From positions 49,917,940 to 49,981,939 of the forward strand of contig NC_057723.1 in the NCBI RefSeq assembly GCF_004010195.1: a DNA stretch of 64,000 nucleotides, given 5' to 3'. The position numbers and the translations under genes are program-made. Source of the DNA: Chiloscyllium plagiosum. Its lineage: Eukaryota. Numbering within the stretch: the stretch's first letter is position 1; the number at the start of each line of letters is the position of its first letter. Positions 39,161 to 51,572 of the stretch are shown piece after piece. The notes below the pieces were generated by a model, which had not been told where the DNA came from, made no database searches, and was given only the letters and a program-made list of their open reading frames with translations.

Positions 39161-39924
39161 TAGGTGAAGCAGTTAAGAGCCATCCTCTGGTGTCTTATAT
39201 AGGCCAGTATGGATAGGGCTGCCTCTTGAAGGGCATGGAACCAATTGAGTTTTTGGATTTGATATTACTTTAGCTGGTGCTAATCTTTTACTTTCAGATT
39301 AAAATTCCCAAACTAGAAATCATTCTCTAGTTAATTAGCCCTGGTCTCCAGGTTAGTAGGCAGTTAAAGTAACCACCATGCTGAAACAGAGGAACTGCTC
39401 AGTATTGTCCTGAATATTGATGCTATAAAGAGCAATACTAATGAAAAGTTTCTTTCAGTGGTTTACACTTTTGAAAATAAATCACAACCTATGTAATTGT
39501 CTCATACTTGCTCCTGTGCAGAAGTACAATCAGAGTAAAATGTTTTGCTGTAGTATACTTTCAACATCATGAACCTTATGAATTTTGGCCTTCCAGTTGG
39601 TTGTGCAAATTCTTTAAGCCTTATGCTCTTAGCAACTGCCAAAGTGATTTTTATTGAACACAACCTCTTTTACAGTTATTTTTCAATCTCCATTAATGTA
39701 TTTATAATATATAGAGAGAGGCTGATATAAAAAATTGTAGTTTTCCTAATTCAAATCTCAGACGGTCGGCTAGATAAATAGAAGCACATTTCTCTGTGTT
39801 GCTTGGTTTATACAGAATGGATTAAAATTGAATGTAAATTTCTATGTTCCTCATAGTTAGAAAGGTAAACATTGTGCAACTGTGTCAGATCCTGTTATCT
39901 AACTCCTTTGCTTCAATATTCTAG

Positions 39925-40116
39925 ATCATAGAGGAAGAAAATGAGGCCTTGCTGGCTGCTCTCACTGAGACACTGGACGACATCCAAGTAGATGATGTGA
40001 GCCTGTCTGCGTTCAAGGAACTTGCAGATGGAGTTGTGACTGATTCGTTGGAAACTGCCTCATTATCAACACCAGATGGCAGCCCTTCTACCACAAAGGC
40101 TGATGAACCATCTCTA
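39925..40116 (+). CDS. PPARGC1B: PPARGC1B exon 3 (192 nt, phase 0-0), L1 leucine motif
   Basis: ttctag|ATC...CTA|gtaaga; encodes [24 protein letters not shown]...[16 protein letters not shown]. Confidence 0.95.
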
Positions 40117-41082
40117 GTAAGAATCCTTCCTACTGTTTAAAAGGAATTGGATGAGCCTCTGGGTACCCGCTGCATGGGTATAATGTAGGCAAAATAAGGT
40201 CTGAATTTTTTAAATTTTCAGGTTTAAAAATAGTAAAATAAGTTTTTTTGTTTCGTTTCCTGTTAAGTTGCATGTACCATTAATCATTTCTGTTAATAAA
40301 TAGGTTACTGAAATCAAAATGTATGAATAGGCTAAGATTTGATATATTTTACCATTAATTTTAAAATGTTCCAAACAGATGTGGAATTTTCCTTAAATAG
40401 GACTTTCACTTGGCAACTTGTTCTGTCTTTCCAAATGCCCCTACTAGCTTATGTGAATTTGGATTAAGGTGGTCAGCTTTCAATTCAGTCACATTCATCT
40501 ACTCCCTTCCCTCCACTGACAGCTCCCTCTCCAGAGAAAGTGTGAAAGTTTTGTTGGGCTGCTTCTGCAGGACCTTCAAGCTCACTGCAACCAAACATTT
40601 GCCTGGAAGGTTATCACAAAATGCAACTTTGCCAATTTGGGAGGATATGCGAATGTGGAATTTGAAACATAAACAGATCAGCTACAATCTTATTGAATGG
40701 CAGAGCAGGCCCAGGGACTGAATGGTCTCTTGCTGAACTTATTTTGGATGTTCATGGTATGATTTGATGGAAGGTCATTTTCATTTGCCCCAAACTATGT
40801 ATCTTGCACCCTCTCTCAGTATCCTAGTTTTGAATGAATATTAATTTATAGGTCAGAAATAGAACAGAACGCATCTTAATTAATTCAATCGTACTGTTAT
40901 CAAGTGTGTAGTGGATTGAAACAAGTATAAAATCACTTGGCATAGCTAATCACATCAATCCTTTCATTGTAACATTGAACTATGAAATCACTATGACATA
41001 CTTGACCACAAAAGATGCATGTACATTTTATTTATATTATGCCATCTACAGCTTTCTTCTAGTTTTTCTTTTGATTGGCTAC

Positions 41083-41418
41083 GGTGGCAATGGCCTATTG
41101 GTATTATCACTAAACTATTAATCCAGTGATCCAGCTTCCAATCGGCCTTAGCAGATGGTGGAATCTGAATTCAATAAAAATCTGGAATGATAAGTCTAAT
41201 GATGATTGGGAAACCGTTGTCAAGTGTCAGGAAAACCCCCATTTGGTTTGCTAATGTTTCTTCAAGAGGGAAACTGCTCTCCTCAACTGGCCTGGCCAAC
41301 ATGCTGCTCCAGATCCACAGCAATGTGGTGGATTCTTAACTGCTGTCTGAGGAAATTCTATGGGATTTGAACTGGTCTGACCAATGACACCTACATGCTG
41401 TGAATGAATTAACAAAAA
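41083..41418 (+). mobile_element. tRNA-derived SINE with an L2-like tail
   Basis: Reverse-complement similarity to 57150-57475 and to partial copies at ~30.2 and ~39.2 kb; ends in gtgaatgaattaacaaaaaa. Confidence 0.65.
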
Positions 41419-41631
41419 AGAAAAATGGGACCATTCAACTTTATTTCATAAGGGTGAATTTTTCTGCCAACTTTGTTAAACCAGAAGCCTCTCTTGTATA
41501 AAAACAGGACTTATTGGTTGTATTTTTTTAATTGAATAAATCTTTTGCTCATTTTGTTTTAAAATAGTTCCTGAGAAAAAGATTCAGAATTTTGAAAGAA
41601 GTTGTGGATGCCAAAAATAGTAAATGTCTGG

Positions 41632-41795
41632 ACATAATAAAATATGTTGGAAAAACTCAGCAGGTCAAGCAGCATCTGTGTGGAGGTTCAGGGTTAACAT
41701 TTCGTTTGACAATCTTTGAGAGCAGTTCTGATGCTGAGTTTTTCCAGCATTTTTCATTCTTGTTTCAAATTTTATGCATTCGCAGTATTTGCTTT
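41632..41795. mobile_element. Old palindromic Penelope-type insertion
   Basis: atgttggaaaaactcagca (left) and tgctgagtttttccagcat (right) form inverted arms. Confidence 0.55.
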
Positions 41796-42277
41796 TGAAA
41801 TACTTGGGCATACTGGCTGTGCAGTAGGCTAATCAGAGGATTCAGGTGATTCCATTAATCATGTCAATGCATGAACAATTTATAATCTATCTTTTGAAAC
41901 ATGAGATTAAATTATAGTTTTTTTTATATTGCTCCCTGGTGACTATTATTATTTATAATATATACTGTTTCAATTTCTTTCTGGTTTTGGTCAGGTTTTA
42001 TGTCATCAGCAGCTGTCAGTACAGTCAGCAAATGTCAGTGTATTCCCTGTCTTTGATGTGCTTTGACATTCATACAAGAGGATTAGCGATTATGCCATAA
42101 TTACTGCAGGTTTATTAAGACCTAATCTGCAGTCAATCTCTGTCCAGTATATATTATAAAAATCTAACACGAAGAAAGTAGAAATTCTATAATATACATT
42201 TCTATTACAGTTTTTGTTTGTAAGTGGAATTTATATTAAACTTGTAATGTAATATTTTGACATATACTTTTTGATAG

Positions 42278-42400
42278 TTAAGGAAACTCCTTCTGGCTCC
42301 ACAAAATGTGCAGTTAAGCTATGAACGACAAAAGGGAACCAGTTCTACACAAAACGCATCCAGTAACCACAAGCCAAAAGCACATCGCCCTTCTATCAAG
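42278..42400 (+). CDS. PPARGC1B: PPARGC1B exon 4 (123 nt, phase 0-0), LXXLL nuclear-receptor box
   Basis: ttttgatag|TTA...AAG|gtatta; encodes LRKLLLAPQNVQLSYERQKGTSSTQNASSNHKPKAHRPSIK. Confidence 0.95.
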
Positions 42401-43350
42401 GTATTATTCTCTTATACTGCATTGCGTGTATCTTTACTTTTTACAGATATAGCTCGTTTTTGGTTTGTATTGTTTAATTATTATTTGCAACTTCTTCTGA
42501 GTTCCGTGAAATATTACTGATCTAATGTAATGGATTTTTAATGCATTCTCGCACTTTCAGTCATGGCAGAATATTTTTACCACTGCTTTAATTCATAATT
42601 TTTAGCGGTGGTGAGTCACAGAAGTGGCTCCAGTAGAGGAATATTTCACTGAAGCAAAAAGATACAAAATTTCCTTTGGTGTCTCAGTTGATTCAAATAT
42701 TGTCTAACTGATATTTGCAGAGTTGCAAATAAACCCAGAAGCTTCCAGCTTTGATTTCTGGTCTGTTTGCAGCGAGGACAATGATATCGATACCATATCC
42801 ATGGGTTAGGGAGGGGAAAAATCTGCTAAAATTCTATTGGACTGCTTACCCCTGTTAGATTGTTATGAAAGTGTGGACATCGAGTGAGAAAAAGCTGTGA
42901 AGACCCCATGGACAGAATGTCTTGTGTCCTGCCGGCAGGTTAACAGATGTGGGGGGTTTCCACCTGAGTTTGTGCCCTACTAACCTCAACTGATAGCCCC
43001 AAAATGGCTAATTCTTAGCTGTTTCCTTGCCCAGCCTCAATTTTGAGATTGACGGGAAGGGTTCAGGGACAGCAGGGAATCCTAGCTAGTTAACCTGCGG
43101 GAATCTCAAACAGGACATTACTGGGGTAGTGAAGTGCCTACCTCATGGCCCTCCTTCCACTTTGGCTGCTTCAAAAGTCAACCCCCCAGTGCATGCTCAC
43201 TCCCCTCAACACTAAACCTGGCCCATGGAGTCAAAGATTCCGAATCTGACGGCTCCTTGTTGAGTCACAGCCTTAACCAGTAGCACTACTAAGACTACAG
43301 GACTGCTGACCAATGTGATTGGCTGGCAGTGGAGGCAGATCTCTTACACG

Positions 43351-43842
43351 GGTTTATAAAATCATGAGGGGTATTTAAAAGGTAAATAGACAAGGTTGGT
43401 TCCCTGGGTTTGGAATCCAGAACTAGAGGACATAGGTTTAGTGTGAGAGGGGAAAGATTTAAAAGGGACATAAGGGACAACGTTTTCACGCAAGGGGTGA
43501 TATGGAATGTGCTGCTAGAGGAAGTGGTAGTAGACCGGCAGGAGGCTGGAAGGATACAGCAAGCCAGGCAGCATCAGGAGGTGGAGAAGTCAACGTTTCA
43601 GGTGGTGACCCTGAAGAATTGGATTCCACTATCTGCATTTTTTTTTTGTCTCTGAGGAAGTGGTGGAGGCTGATACAATTACAACTTTTAAAAGGTATCT
43701 GGATGGATATATGAACAGGAAGGATTCAGAGGGATATGGGCCAACTGCTGGCAAATGGGACGAGATTAATTTAGGATACCTGGTTGACATGGACAAATTA
43801 GACAATAGCATCTGTTTCCATGCTGTACATCTCTATGACTCT
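43351..43842 (+). mobile_element. CR1/HER1-type LINE 3' fragment interrupted by a Penelope-type insert
   Basis: ESRTRGHRFSVRGERFK..WN.L.EEVV|EADTITTFKRYLDGYM is continuous once 43529-43664 is removed; ctctatgactct tail. Confidence 0.88.
43529..43653 (-). mobile_element. Penelope-type insert nested in a LINE
   Basis: 11-bp TSD gaggaagtggt (43518-43528 and 43654-43664); same family as the 29.1 and 35.6 kb copies; orientation switches at ccctgaagaa (~43610). Confidence 0.78.
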
Positions 43843-44216
43843 CCGACCTTAAGTGAGGGATGGAACTCCAGACTGCAACCAACAAATAAAATTTATAAAA
43901 ATATTACTGTAATCATATAATAAATAAATTACATTGGTGTCGTGCTGTCACCCACTATCTCTTCAGATGGCAGAACAAAAAGTCTTGACCTATGAGGAAA
44001 TAGTATGTGGAATCTCCATTGCCATATAGATGAGGTCTTTAGATAAAGCTTTACTGTTATTATTATTGTACTGTATTATTGCTTTTGAATTACTAAAATG
44101 AAGAGAGGTGAAAATTGTTTTGGCAAAGTGAAGTTTATGAAGTCTCAGTTTTAATGAATTGATCTCTTTGGCCTTTATCATACTCTGATCCTCTTTTTGT
44201 TTTGTTTGATAAAAAG

Positions 44217-45588
44217 GTTGAAGGCCCACAGGGCAGTAAACCACACAGCACCTGTCAACGTCATCATCGAACATTCACAGAGTTACACAAGCACCTGACA
44301 TCAACTACCTGTCCTTCCCCGTTTAAAACAGATGATTCCAAACTCACTAAAAAAGACCAAAGCAGTCCAGTGTGGACTTCACAGTATCACCAGTCACATC
44401 ACCCACAAGGTGAGAGTGAGGATGATGGTGATGTTGATGACAATTGTGTTAATGATGGTGCTAACAAAGAATTGGATTGCTTCAATGATAGGAATGGGGA
44501 ACACAAACAAGGACAAAACATTCTACAAAATGGCACGTCTTGCCTTGCAGCCAATAAGTCCAAAGATGTGGTGGCATCAGCAAAATGCAGTTGGACTAAA
44601 AGCACTCAGTTTCCCACAGAAGCAGAATTGCGTTCAGTAATTGAGCTTATCAAGTACATGCACTCGTATTGTCTTCCACCTAGGAAATATCTGGTAGACA
44701 TGACTGAACAGGGTGGTAGCTGCAATGCTAATTGTAAAAAGCCAAACAGTGACTGCTCTTTGCAGGACCTTATAAAACCCAGCATAGACAATCAGAAACT
44801 CTCCAATTCCTTAAAGTCAAATGTCAGACCAGGGCTGGGAAGGACCACTCCAAATATTTGCAAATGGAATATGAGAGAGCATTCCAAGTGTTCCATACTA
44901 AGGGAGCTATTGGAAAATAATATTGCTCTAGATGTGAGCAAACCTTATAGACTTCATAATCCTTTGTATCCAGTTTACACTCACTCACCTAGTAAAGTTG
45001 AGGCTGCTGTACCTATGGTAGTGCCCCGGAATGAATGTGATCGTACTTATTATACTGAAACCATCAAATGTACACTGGAAAAGCACAGAAAGAAATGTAG
45101 TAAGAGCAGGGCTGCTAAAACATGGGACACAACAAGGAAACCAGGAAGTACATGCCTTGCGGTTAGACGCTCATTAAGGTTGAACCCTCAGGCTAATGAG
45201 GTCTTGAAATTTAATTTAGACTCAGCTTCAAGTGGAAGTTTGACGAGAGTAGATTTGAAGAAAACTCTAAAGGAGTCTGGGTCTGTGAATGTGCAGATGA
45301 TGTTCAATGAGGAAGAGAAGGAGCAGGTAGCAGAAATTGAGATAGATTGTTGTGGACAGCAACTCTGTGACAGTGGTGCAAGCATTGTGCTAGATGACCA
45401 GCGGCATCTACAATCCTGTAATCAAGTGCGATGGACTGAGGAGAACAACAATGAAGAAAGTTCGTTTATTCCTGACCTTTCCATGGTTCCATGCTCTAAT
45501 ATAGTTGAGGACCATCAAGCCGTTACTGCACAGGACTTCCTATTTAATGAAACCAAGATGCAAGAAACCAGGACTAGCAGAAAGCTAG
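44217..45588 (+). CDS. PPARGC1B: PPARGC1B exon 5 (1372 nt, phase 0-1), large beta-type exon
   Basis: Lies within ORF 44202..45602; gataaaaag|GTT...CTAG|gtaatc; contains TELHKHLTS, LIKYMHSYCLP, SILRELLE (LXXLL), DVSKPYRL and VRRSLRLNP. Confidence 0.92.
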
Positions 45589-46958
45589 GTAATCCTGTTT
45601 AGCCTATCTGCTTAATTCTGTGCAATAATTAAACAAAACTATGCCCCTGAGCCTCTTTCAAAGCTTATTATAACATTACTGCAGTCTTTTGGAAAATTGC
45701 AATCATTTTCATTAACACAAAAGTTAACTCCTGTAACCGTGTTCAGGTCTGTTTATTCTTACTATTGTTTTACCATTCTGTGGAGACAATTCTCTGCTGG
45801 TTGCTTCTTCCAATGATCCGATTTGCTTTTTCACTTTCTTTATGTAGACAGAATACCAAGAAATAGCATCTTATTTCAAGATGTTAATTTTCTTCATCTC
45901 TTTAATACTTAACTGGATCAGCTGAGATTATTTTTAAATAAACTATTTAGTGTTGATGCTGTAATTTTAAAAAAAACTCAGATTGGCCGTACTGGATGTT
46001 TTACCCACATCTCACATCTTGCACCTATGTCTGTATAGGGACATTTTGAAGATGACCCTTCTGTCTATCCTCAGACTCCTGTGGCTCCCTGATTGAAATT
46101 CTTCCAGTACCTGCTTTCACCCTTGAAATTACTTTTTTCTTCCATTATGTTGCTTGAAATTGAAGAAGTACCAACTGATAATTACCATTTCAGTAGAACA
46201 GTTTACAAACCCTATTTCTATTTGTCTCTTAAAGAAATGGTCAGCTAAGTATAGAGTATGAAGTGCAGCAACGTAAAGAAATCAGGGAAGTAATCAAGGC
46301 AAAGCACAAAACAGGTCTTAAAGATGTGGTAGCCATTTTAAATGTTGTAGGTAGAAAATCTTAATCTTTCCATCTGCCCATTCATTCATTGGCAGAAAAT
46401 GATAAGTAAACAGCAACTTTAGGTACCTCCAATTTTAAAATCGCAAAGCAGCATCAAAATAAACTATTCTTGATCACATTATAAGCCACGTGTGTAGAAA
46501 GTGCCAGTTTCCAGAGTAAATTGGAGTGCAAGGTTTACGGTACTCAACGTGATGCATTTATGCACTACGACAAAGTCTCCTACTTAAAAGGGACTGTCTT
46601 AAGTTAGATTAATGTTTTCCAATAAAACTTTGATCATATCACCCTTCAAACATTACTCATTCTATACAACGGAGAAACAATTCGGATCTGTAGTTCTTTT
46701 GCTACAAATGAATGATTCCAATTGGTGCATAATATCTTGTTTTCATTCTGTCTTAAAATCTTACCGATTTCCTCTTTACTATTGTGTACTTTTATTTTTA
46801 TTAAAGCTTGTATTTTAATTATGATCTGATATAAAACTTAGAGGTTGAAAATTATTGCCTAAAAATATCTTAATTCTCTATAACAAACAGTCAAATGATT
46901 TACAGAATAGCACCAGGTTACTCCATCGTTGACATTTCTTCAACATTTATTTTTGCAG

Positions 46959-46998
46959 CTAAACCTACAAGCTTGTTACTGAGTCCAGAGTCTGAAAG
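46959..46998 (+). CDS. PPARGC1B: PPARGC1B exon 6 (40-nt micro-exon, phase 1-2)
   Basis: ttttgcag|CTAAACCT...TGAAAG|gtaggt; encodes (A)KPTSLLLSPESE(S); restores the frame between exons 5 and 7; absent from the ORF track. Confidence 0.88.
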
Positions 46999-47199
46999 GT
47001 AGGTGACACTCAGGATGGAGTTAGGATTCAGCAGATGCAAAACCCAATCTGGCTCTTACAGTTTGAATTCTTGGATTAGAATTTCATCATTTCCAAACCA
47101 GTGCTTAGTTGTGTGATTTCAAGATCTTGCATTTTGCATTTTTAATATGTCATTTTAAGTATATTATAGTTTCATCGATCTTATTTTTCCTATTTTCAG

Positions 47200-47273
47200 T
47201 GACTCCAAAGATTCCCCTCTTGAGAGCAAACCCTTTGAACAAACTCTGAGTGTAGAACTGTGTGGAACTGCTG
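47200..47273 (+). CDS. PPARGC1B: PPARGC1B exon 7 (74 nt, phase 2-1)
   Basis: cctattttcag|TGAC...GCTG|gtaagg; encodes DSKDSPLESKPFEQTLSVELCGTA(G). Confidence 0.95.
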
Positions 47274-48159
47274 GTAAGGATACAGACTTACAACTGACAC
47301 CATTACTAATTCAGATAAGATCCTGTTGCTCTCAGACTGGTTCAGAAGAGAGAAGAATTTTATGAAAGATTGAAATTTCTTTAATGACTCTTGTTTTCAG
47401 CCAAGACAAATGTACTGTTTAGGCATTTTTCAAAGTAAGACAAATCAAAGACAATTTCTAATTTTCACACAAATATATGTTTGTTTGGAAGTGCCGTCAC
47501 CTTTTATTTTGTATCCTTCTCATTACTCCATGCACCAGTTGAAGAGGTTTTATGCTGACACAGATAGCTTCAGAATGTCTTGGTTTCATTTAAATACCCG
47601 CATCACCTTTACTGAGAAAAATATAACAAAAACGTTGAGTCAGTCTTACAGTACTCCTTTCATAGCTTTCTGAGATCTGTAATGCATTTGTGCTGTCAGC
47701 AGAATGTTAGCACATAGACTGCATCTATTTTATCGATAGACACAAGCAGAATATTAAATGTTATGAGCGAAGATGCCAGTTCACTCTGGCTCCGGGCTTT
47801 TATGTGTTTTTTTGACATTGAGTCAATATGAATGAGATAATTTAGATGCATTTCTGATGTGCTTTCAAATCTGAGAAGCAGAATTCCAGAGGTGCACTGG
47901 GGAATACTATGAAAGTGCATAGCAATGAATTTATTTCTAACTTGATGTAGTAATGTGGAAAACAAAAACTTTATTTTTGTCTGATCCCCATATTTTACTT
48001 TGGAACATTATACAGTGTGGTGGTTATATATTTAAAAATAAAATTTCAAGCATCTCAATGCTATATTGATGAATTGAAACACTTTCCTTTATGTCACACA
48101 AAATAGTGACAATTATTTTGTATTATTGAGTACCAATGTTAGATTTTTTTGTTCTCCAG

Positions 48160-49012
48160 GACTTACACCTCCAACTACTCCACCACACAAAACAACTCGA
48201 GATGATCCTTTCAAGACATCAATAAAGACTGAATCACCTGTTGACAACAGAATTAACCAGTTACCATCAAAAAATCATTGGAGTTCTTTGTCAAAACGTC
48301 TTGTTAATAAACACCCTGAGCAAACTGAGCTCTATGCTTACCTTAGCAAAGCCACAGTTACCCCCATTCAAATGGAAGGCAAAAAAGTTAAAAGGTCATA
48401 CACTAGATGCTTTGGTGATCATGATTACTGCCAATTGTATAGGTCAGAGACTGAAACTGAAAGAAATATTTTGAGACTTTATGAACTTCCAAACTCCAAT
48501 GGTCAACAGAATTTAAAGGAAAAACATGACAGTTATTCACTTTACAATGAAAAGAGACAGAAGATGTCTCCCATTCCAAATCATGGACTTAATTGTGAGA
48601 AAGTAGAGATGAGCAAAGAGCTTCCAGTTCAAAGCAGCAATAAGAAATCAATGAAAGACCAAGAGATAAGAGCCAAATTATTCAAGCACTTTGGTTATCC
48701 AAAAGAAGCCATCACTGATGAGGAGAAGCAGCATATGCTTGAAGACACTGATTGTGATCTTAAGAAACACTGCTGTTATTCAGATATAAAGCTACAAACT
48801 TGGGTGAAGAAGCCTGACACCAGTTCTTGGGCTTTGTCACCAACCATTGCCTTGCATAAACAATCCAAGTCACTGCCAAAGGACCCTTTGCATCCTCAAG
48901 AACGTCAATTAGACAGGGAACGAACAAAGACCTACTCTAACCAACAGCGCAAAGCATCTTTTGGATCTTCACGCACACAATCCAGGTTTGCAGTGAAAAG
49001 GGAATCTGCCAG
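48160..49012 (+). CDS. PPARGC1B: PPARGC1B exon 8 (853 nt, phase 1-2), TPPTTPP motif and HCF-binding DHDY
   Basis: ttctccag|GACTT...GCCAG|gtagga; lies within ORF 48126..49016; GLTPPTTPPHK, DHDY at 48417-48428, DQEIRAKLFKHFG. Confidence 0.93.
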
Positions 49013-51018
49013 GTAGGATATGCAAAGTCTGCACTTGGAAAAAAGTAAGACTATGAAATCTGAACCAAGAACAGGTCATTCAGTTCATCAAGTACACAAC
49101 ATCACAGCATTATTGGCTCTTCTACCCCAATCCTTATGAGCTGATCTCCTACTCTGAAAAGTGCTATTCCATTCCACCTGCACGTAAAAGAAAATTAAAT
49201 AATACTGTTGACATCTGTATCTAAACTAACCCACTAGTGCAAACCTGAAAATTGACCCATTCATCATTCTGTGGGGTTGTGGTGGTTGTTGGAGGGAGAT
49301 GGTAAGTGGGTGGGAATGGGAACGGGTCTGGAAGGAAGATCATTTACTTGAGTCCTTGATTTCAATTAATCCTCATCTCCAGATTTCCTTTACCCAGATT
49401 CCCTATCTTCTCTAGTTCTCAGTGTCCCTCTGTCCCTTAATACCAAGTGCATGATTAGTCTTTTGGATTGATCTGAACCTAATCCCATAATTGCTGTCAC
49501 TGTACACCCAAATCTACATACGTCTCTCTGCTGTGCCCTTTGCTATTCCCCAAACATCTAGCAGCTAGCTAAACCTGTATCCAGGCACACCTTAGCTTGG
49601 ACTGGCACGCTGATTACAAGAGGCCAATGTTGCAAAGCCAAAGCTGCTTCATGGTGGCAGATAGTGAAATCACAAAGAGTGGTAACCTTGATTGCAGCAG
49701 GAAATCTACAGGAATGCAGAATTCTCCCAGCTGCCAGCAGCAGTCCCTAGGAAATCCACAACCCATTCTGTGAGACATTTGAAAATTCCAAATGGTTGCT
49801 AATCTATATCCATATTGTAAAGTCACAATCTACATCAAATGTGATTGACATTCAGAGTTTTGTGTTTGCCATTTATTACTGATCTGTCATTTGGAAAGAA
49901 CATTCCAGTATTTGCTTGAGAGATATGAGCAAATATACATTGGCTACTGTATTGTGGAATTTTACAGCATAGAGAGAGAGAGCGTATTAAGCCCACAATA
50001 TTTGCCTCCGCTCTCCCCTGCCATATTCCTATATTCCGGCTATATTCCTACCCTGCATCTATACTTTTTATACCCTGTTTAGTTTTGTATTGCAAGTCAC
50101 TACTCTTCCATAAGCTATTATTGATCCTGTTTCCATCACTATTTTAGACAGGGCTTCCCATGCTTAGCCACTCTCTTTTTCTCACAGTAACATTATGCCT
50201 CCTTGCTGTTGCTGATATTACATTTATGCCCTGCTATTAAGTCACCAACTCATGAAAAATGTTTCTCTCTGATTTAATTTATTAAAACAGTTCTAATATA
50301 TTTTCTTCATGCTAATGCTCTGTTGTAGCCTTTCGAGCTGAACTTCTAACAATACTGTTCCAAACTTTTATTCTGAAAGCAGGTGTGCAAAACTTAAAAA
50401 GAAACATTTAAAAAGTTGTCCATCTTCTAAGCACCAACCTGTTTGGGCATGTTGGCATACACTACTGGACCTGGTGAGGCTTGAACTTGGATTGTTGGGC
50501 TTAGAAGTAAGGACATTACCACTATACCACTAAAAAGTGGGAACTTGAGCTCCATTTAATATTAATTATTTGTTTAAAAATCTTCAGCAGAAGAATTGGA
50601 GCCTGATTTGAATTTGATATAATGACTGAATAGTGTTATAGAGCTGACATCAGCAAAGTACAGTGTATTCTTTTTATGGAAAATATGTTTCTGGATCATC
50701 AAATAAACTAGAAGAATCATGTCCAACACAACCATGTATGGCAACTTACTTATTTTTCTTTGGCTTCTATGGCAGTTTTTTTATTCATACCCATTTCATC
50801 CATCATTTTCTAAGACTGTCTAATCCCCGATACTTCAGATGTAAGCCCCACCGTCAGGTTTCTTCACTCCCACTTTGAATATTTTTTGTGCAAAGTTAAA
50901 TGGAAAGTGAAACAGAAAGCTGATTTCAGCCCCATGCATTCTCCACCCCACCTCTGGAAGCTTTGAACTAGGCCTGTTGATTGGGAAATCATGGAATAAT
51001 GTTAACAAAAGGGTGTTG

Positions 51019-51093
51019 TCATAGAGTCATAGAGATGTACAGAATGGAAACAGACCCTTTTGTCCAACCCGTCCATGCCGACCAGATATCCCA
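51019..51093 (-). mobile_element. CR1/HER1 LINE extreme 3' tip
   Basis: catagagtcatagagatgtacag...gtccatgccgaccagatatccc, near-identical to the end of the 22.1 kb copy. Confidence 0.8.
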
Positions 51094-51572
51094 ATAAGGA
51101 AGTTACTTGGTGCTATTGCCTTTTTCGGATCTCAAGTTCTTTCCACTCTCATGATCTGTGTTCTCAGTCTCTCCTCATAATATATGTTCTGTCCTCGGTT
51201 TCTCTAAGGCTCTGATGTTTTATGCTGCTGGATAGTCCATCCTGGTCCATCCTGTTAGTGTTTATTCACTTGCTGGTAATCTGCACACATGGCCTTGCTC
51301 ATTCTGCTGTGTCTGATACTCTTTGCCATTTGGTAGTTGATCTCTCTAAACTGCATTTGATGTATTGACTTTTGAATACAATCATAATGGTAATTACTTA
51401 CATGTAATTTAATGTTTTATTTGGCTCATTAGTTTTATTGCTATTAACACAGTAGATGCTTGTCATATAAACTCATAAACTTTTTATTCAGTTGCAGCTG
51501 ACTGCCATTCTTACATTCACCTTGCTTAGATTGAAGCCTGACTTTGATGCATCAAATCATAATTGAAGTTTT

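Noticed and set aside
44332-44640. Alternative-frame and antisense ORFs overlapping exons 5 and 8
   Set aside because: These are shadow ORFs of the real coding frame with no independent support.
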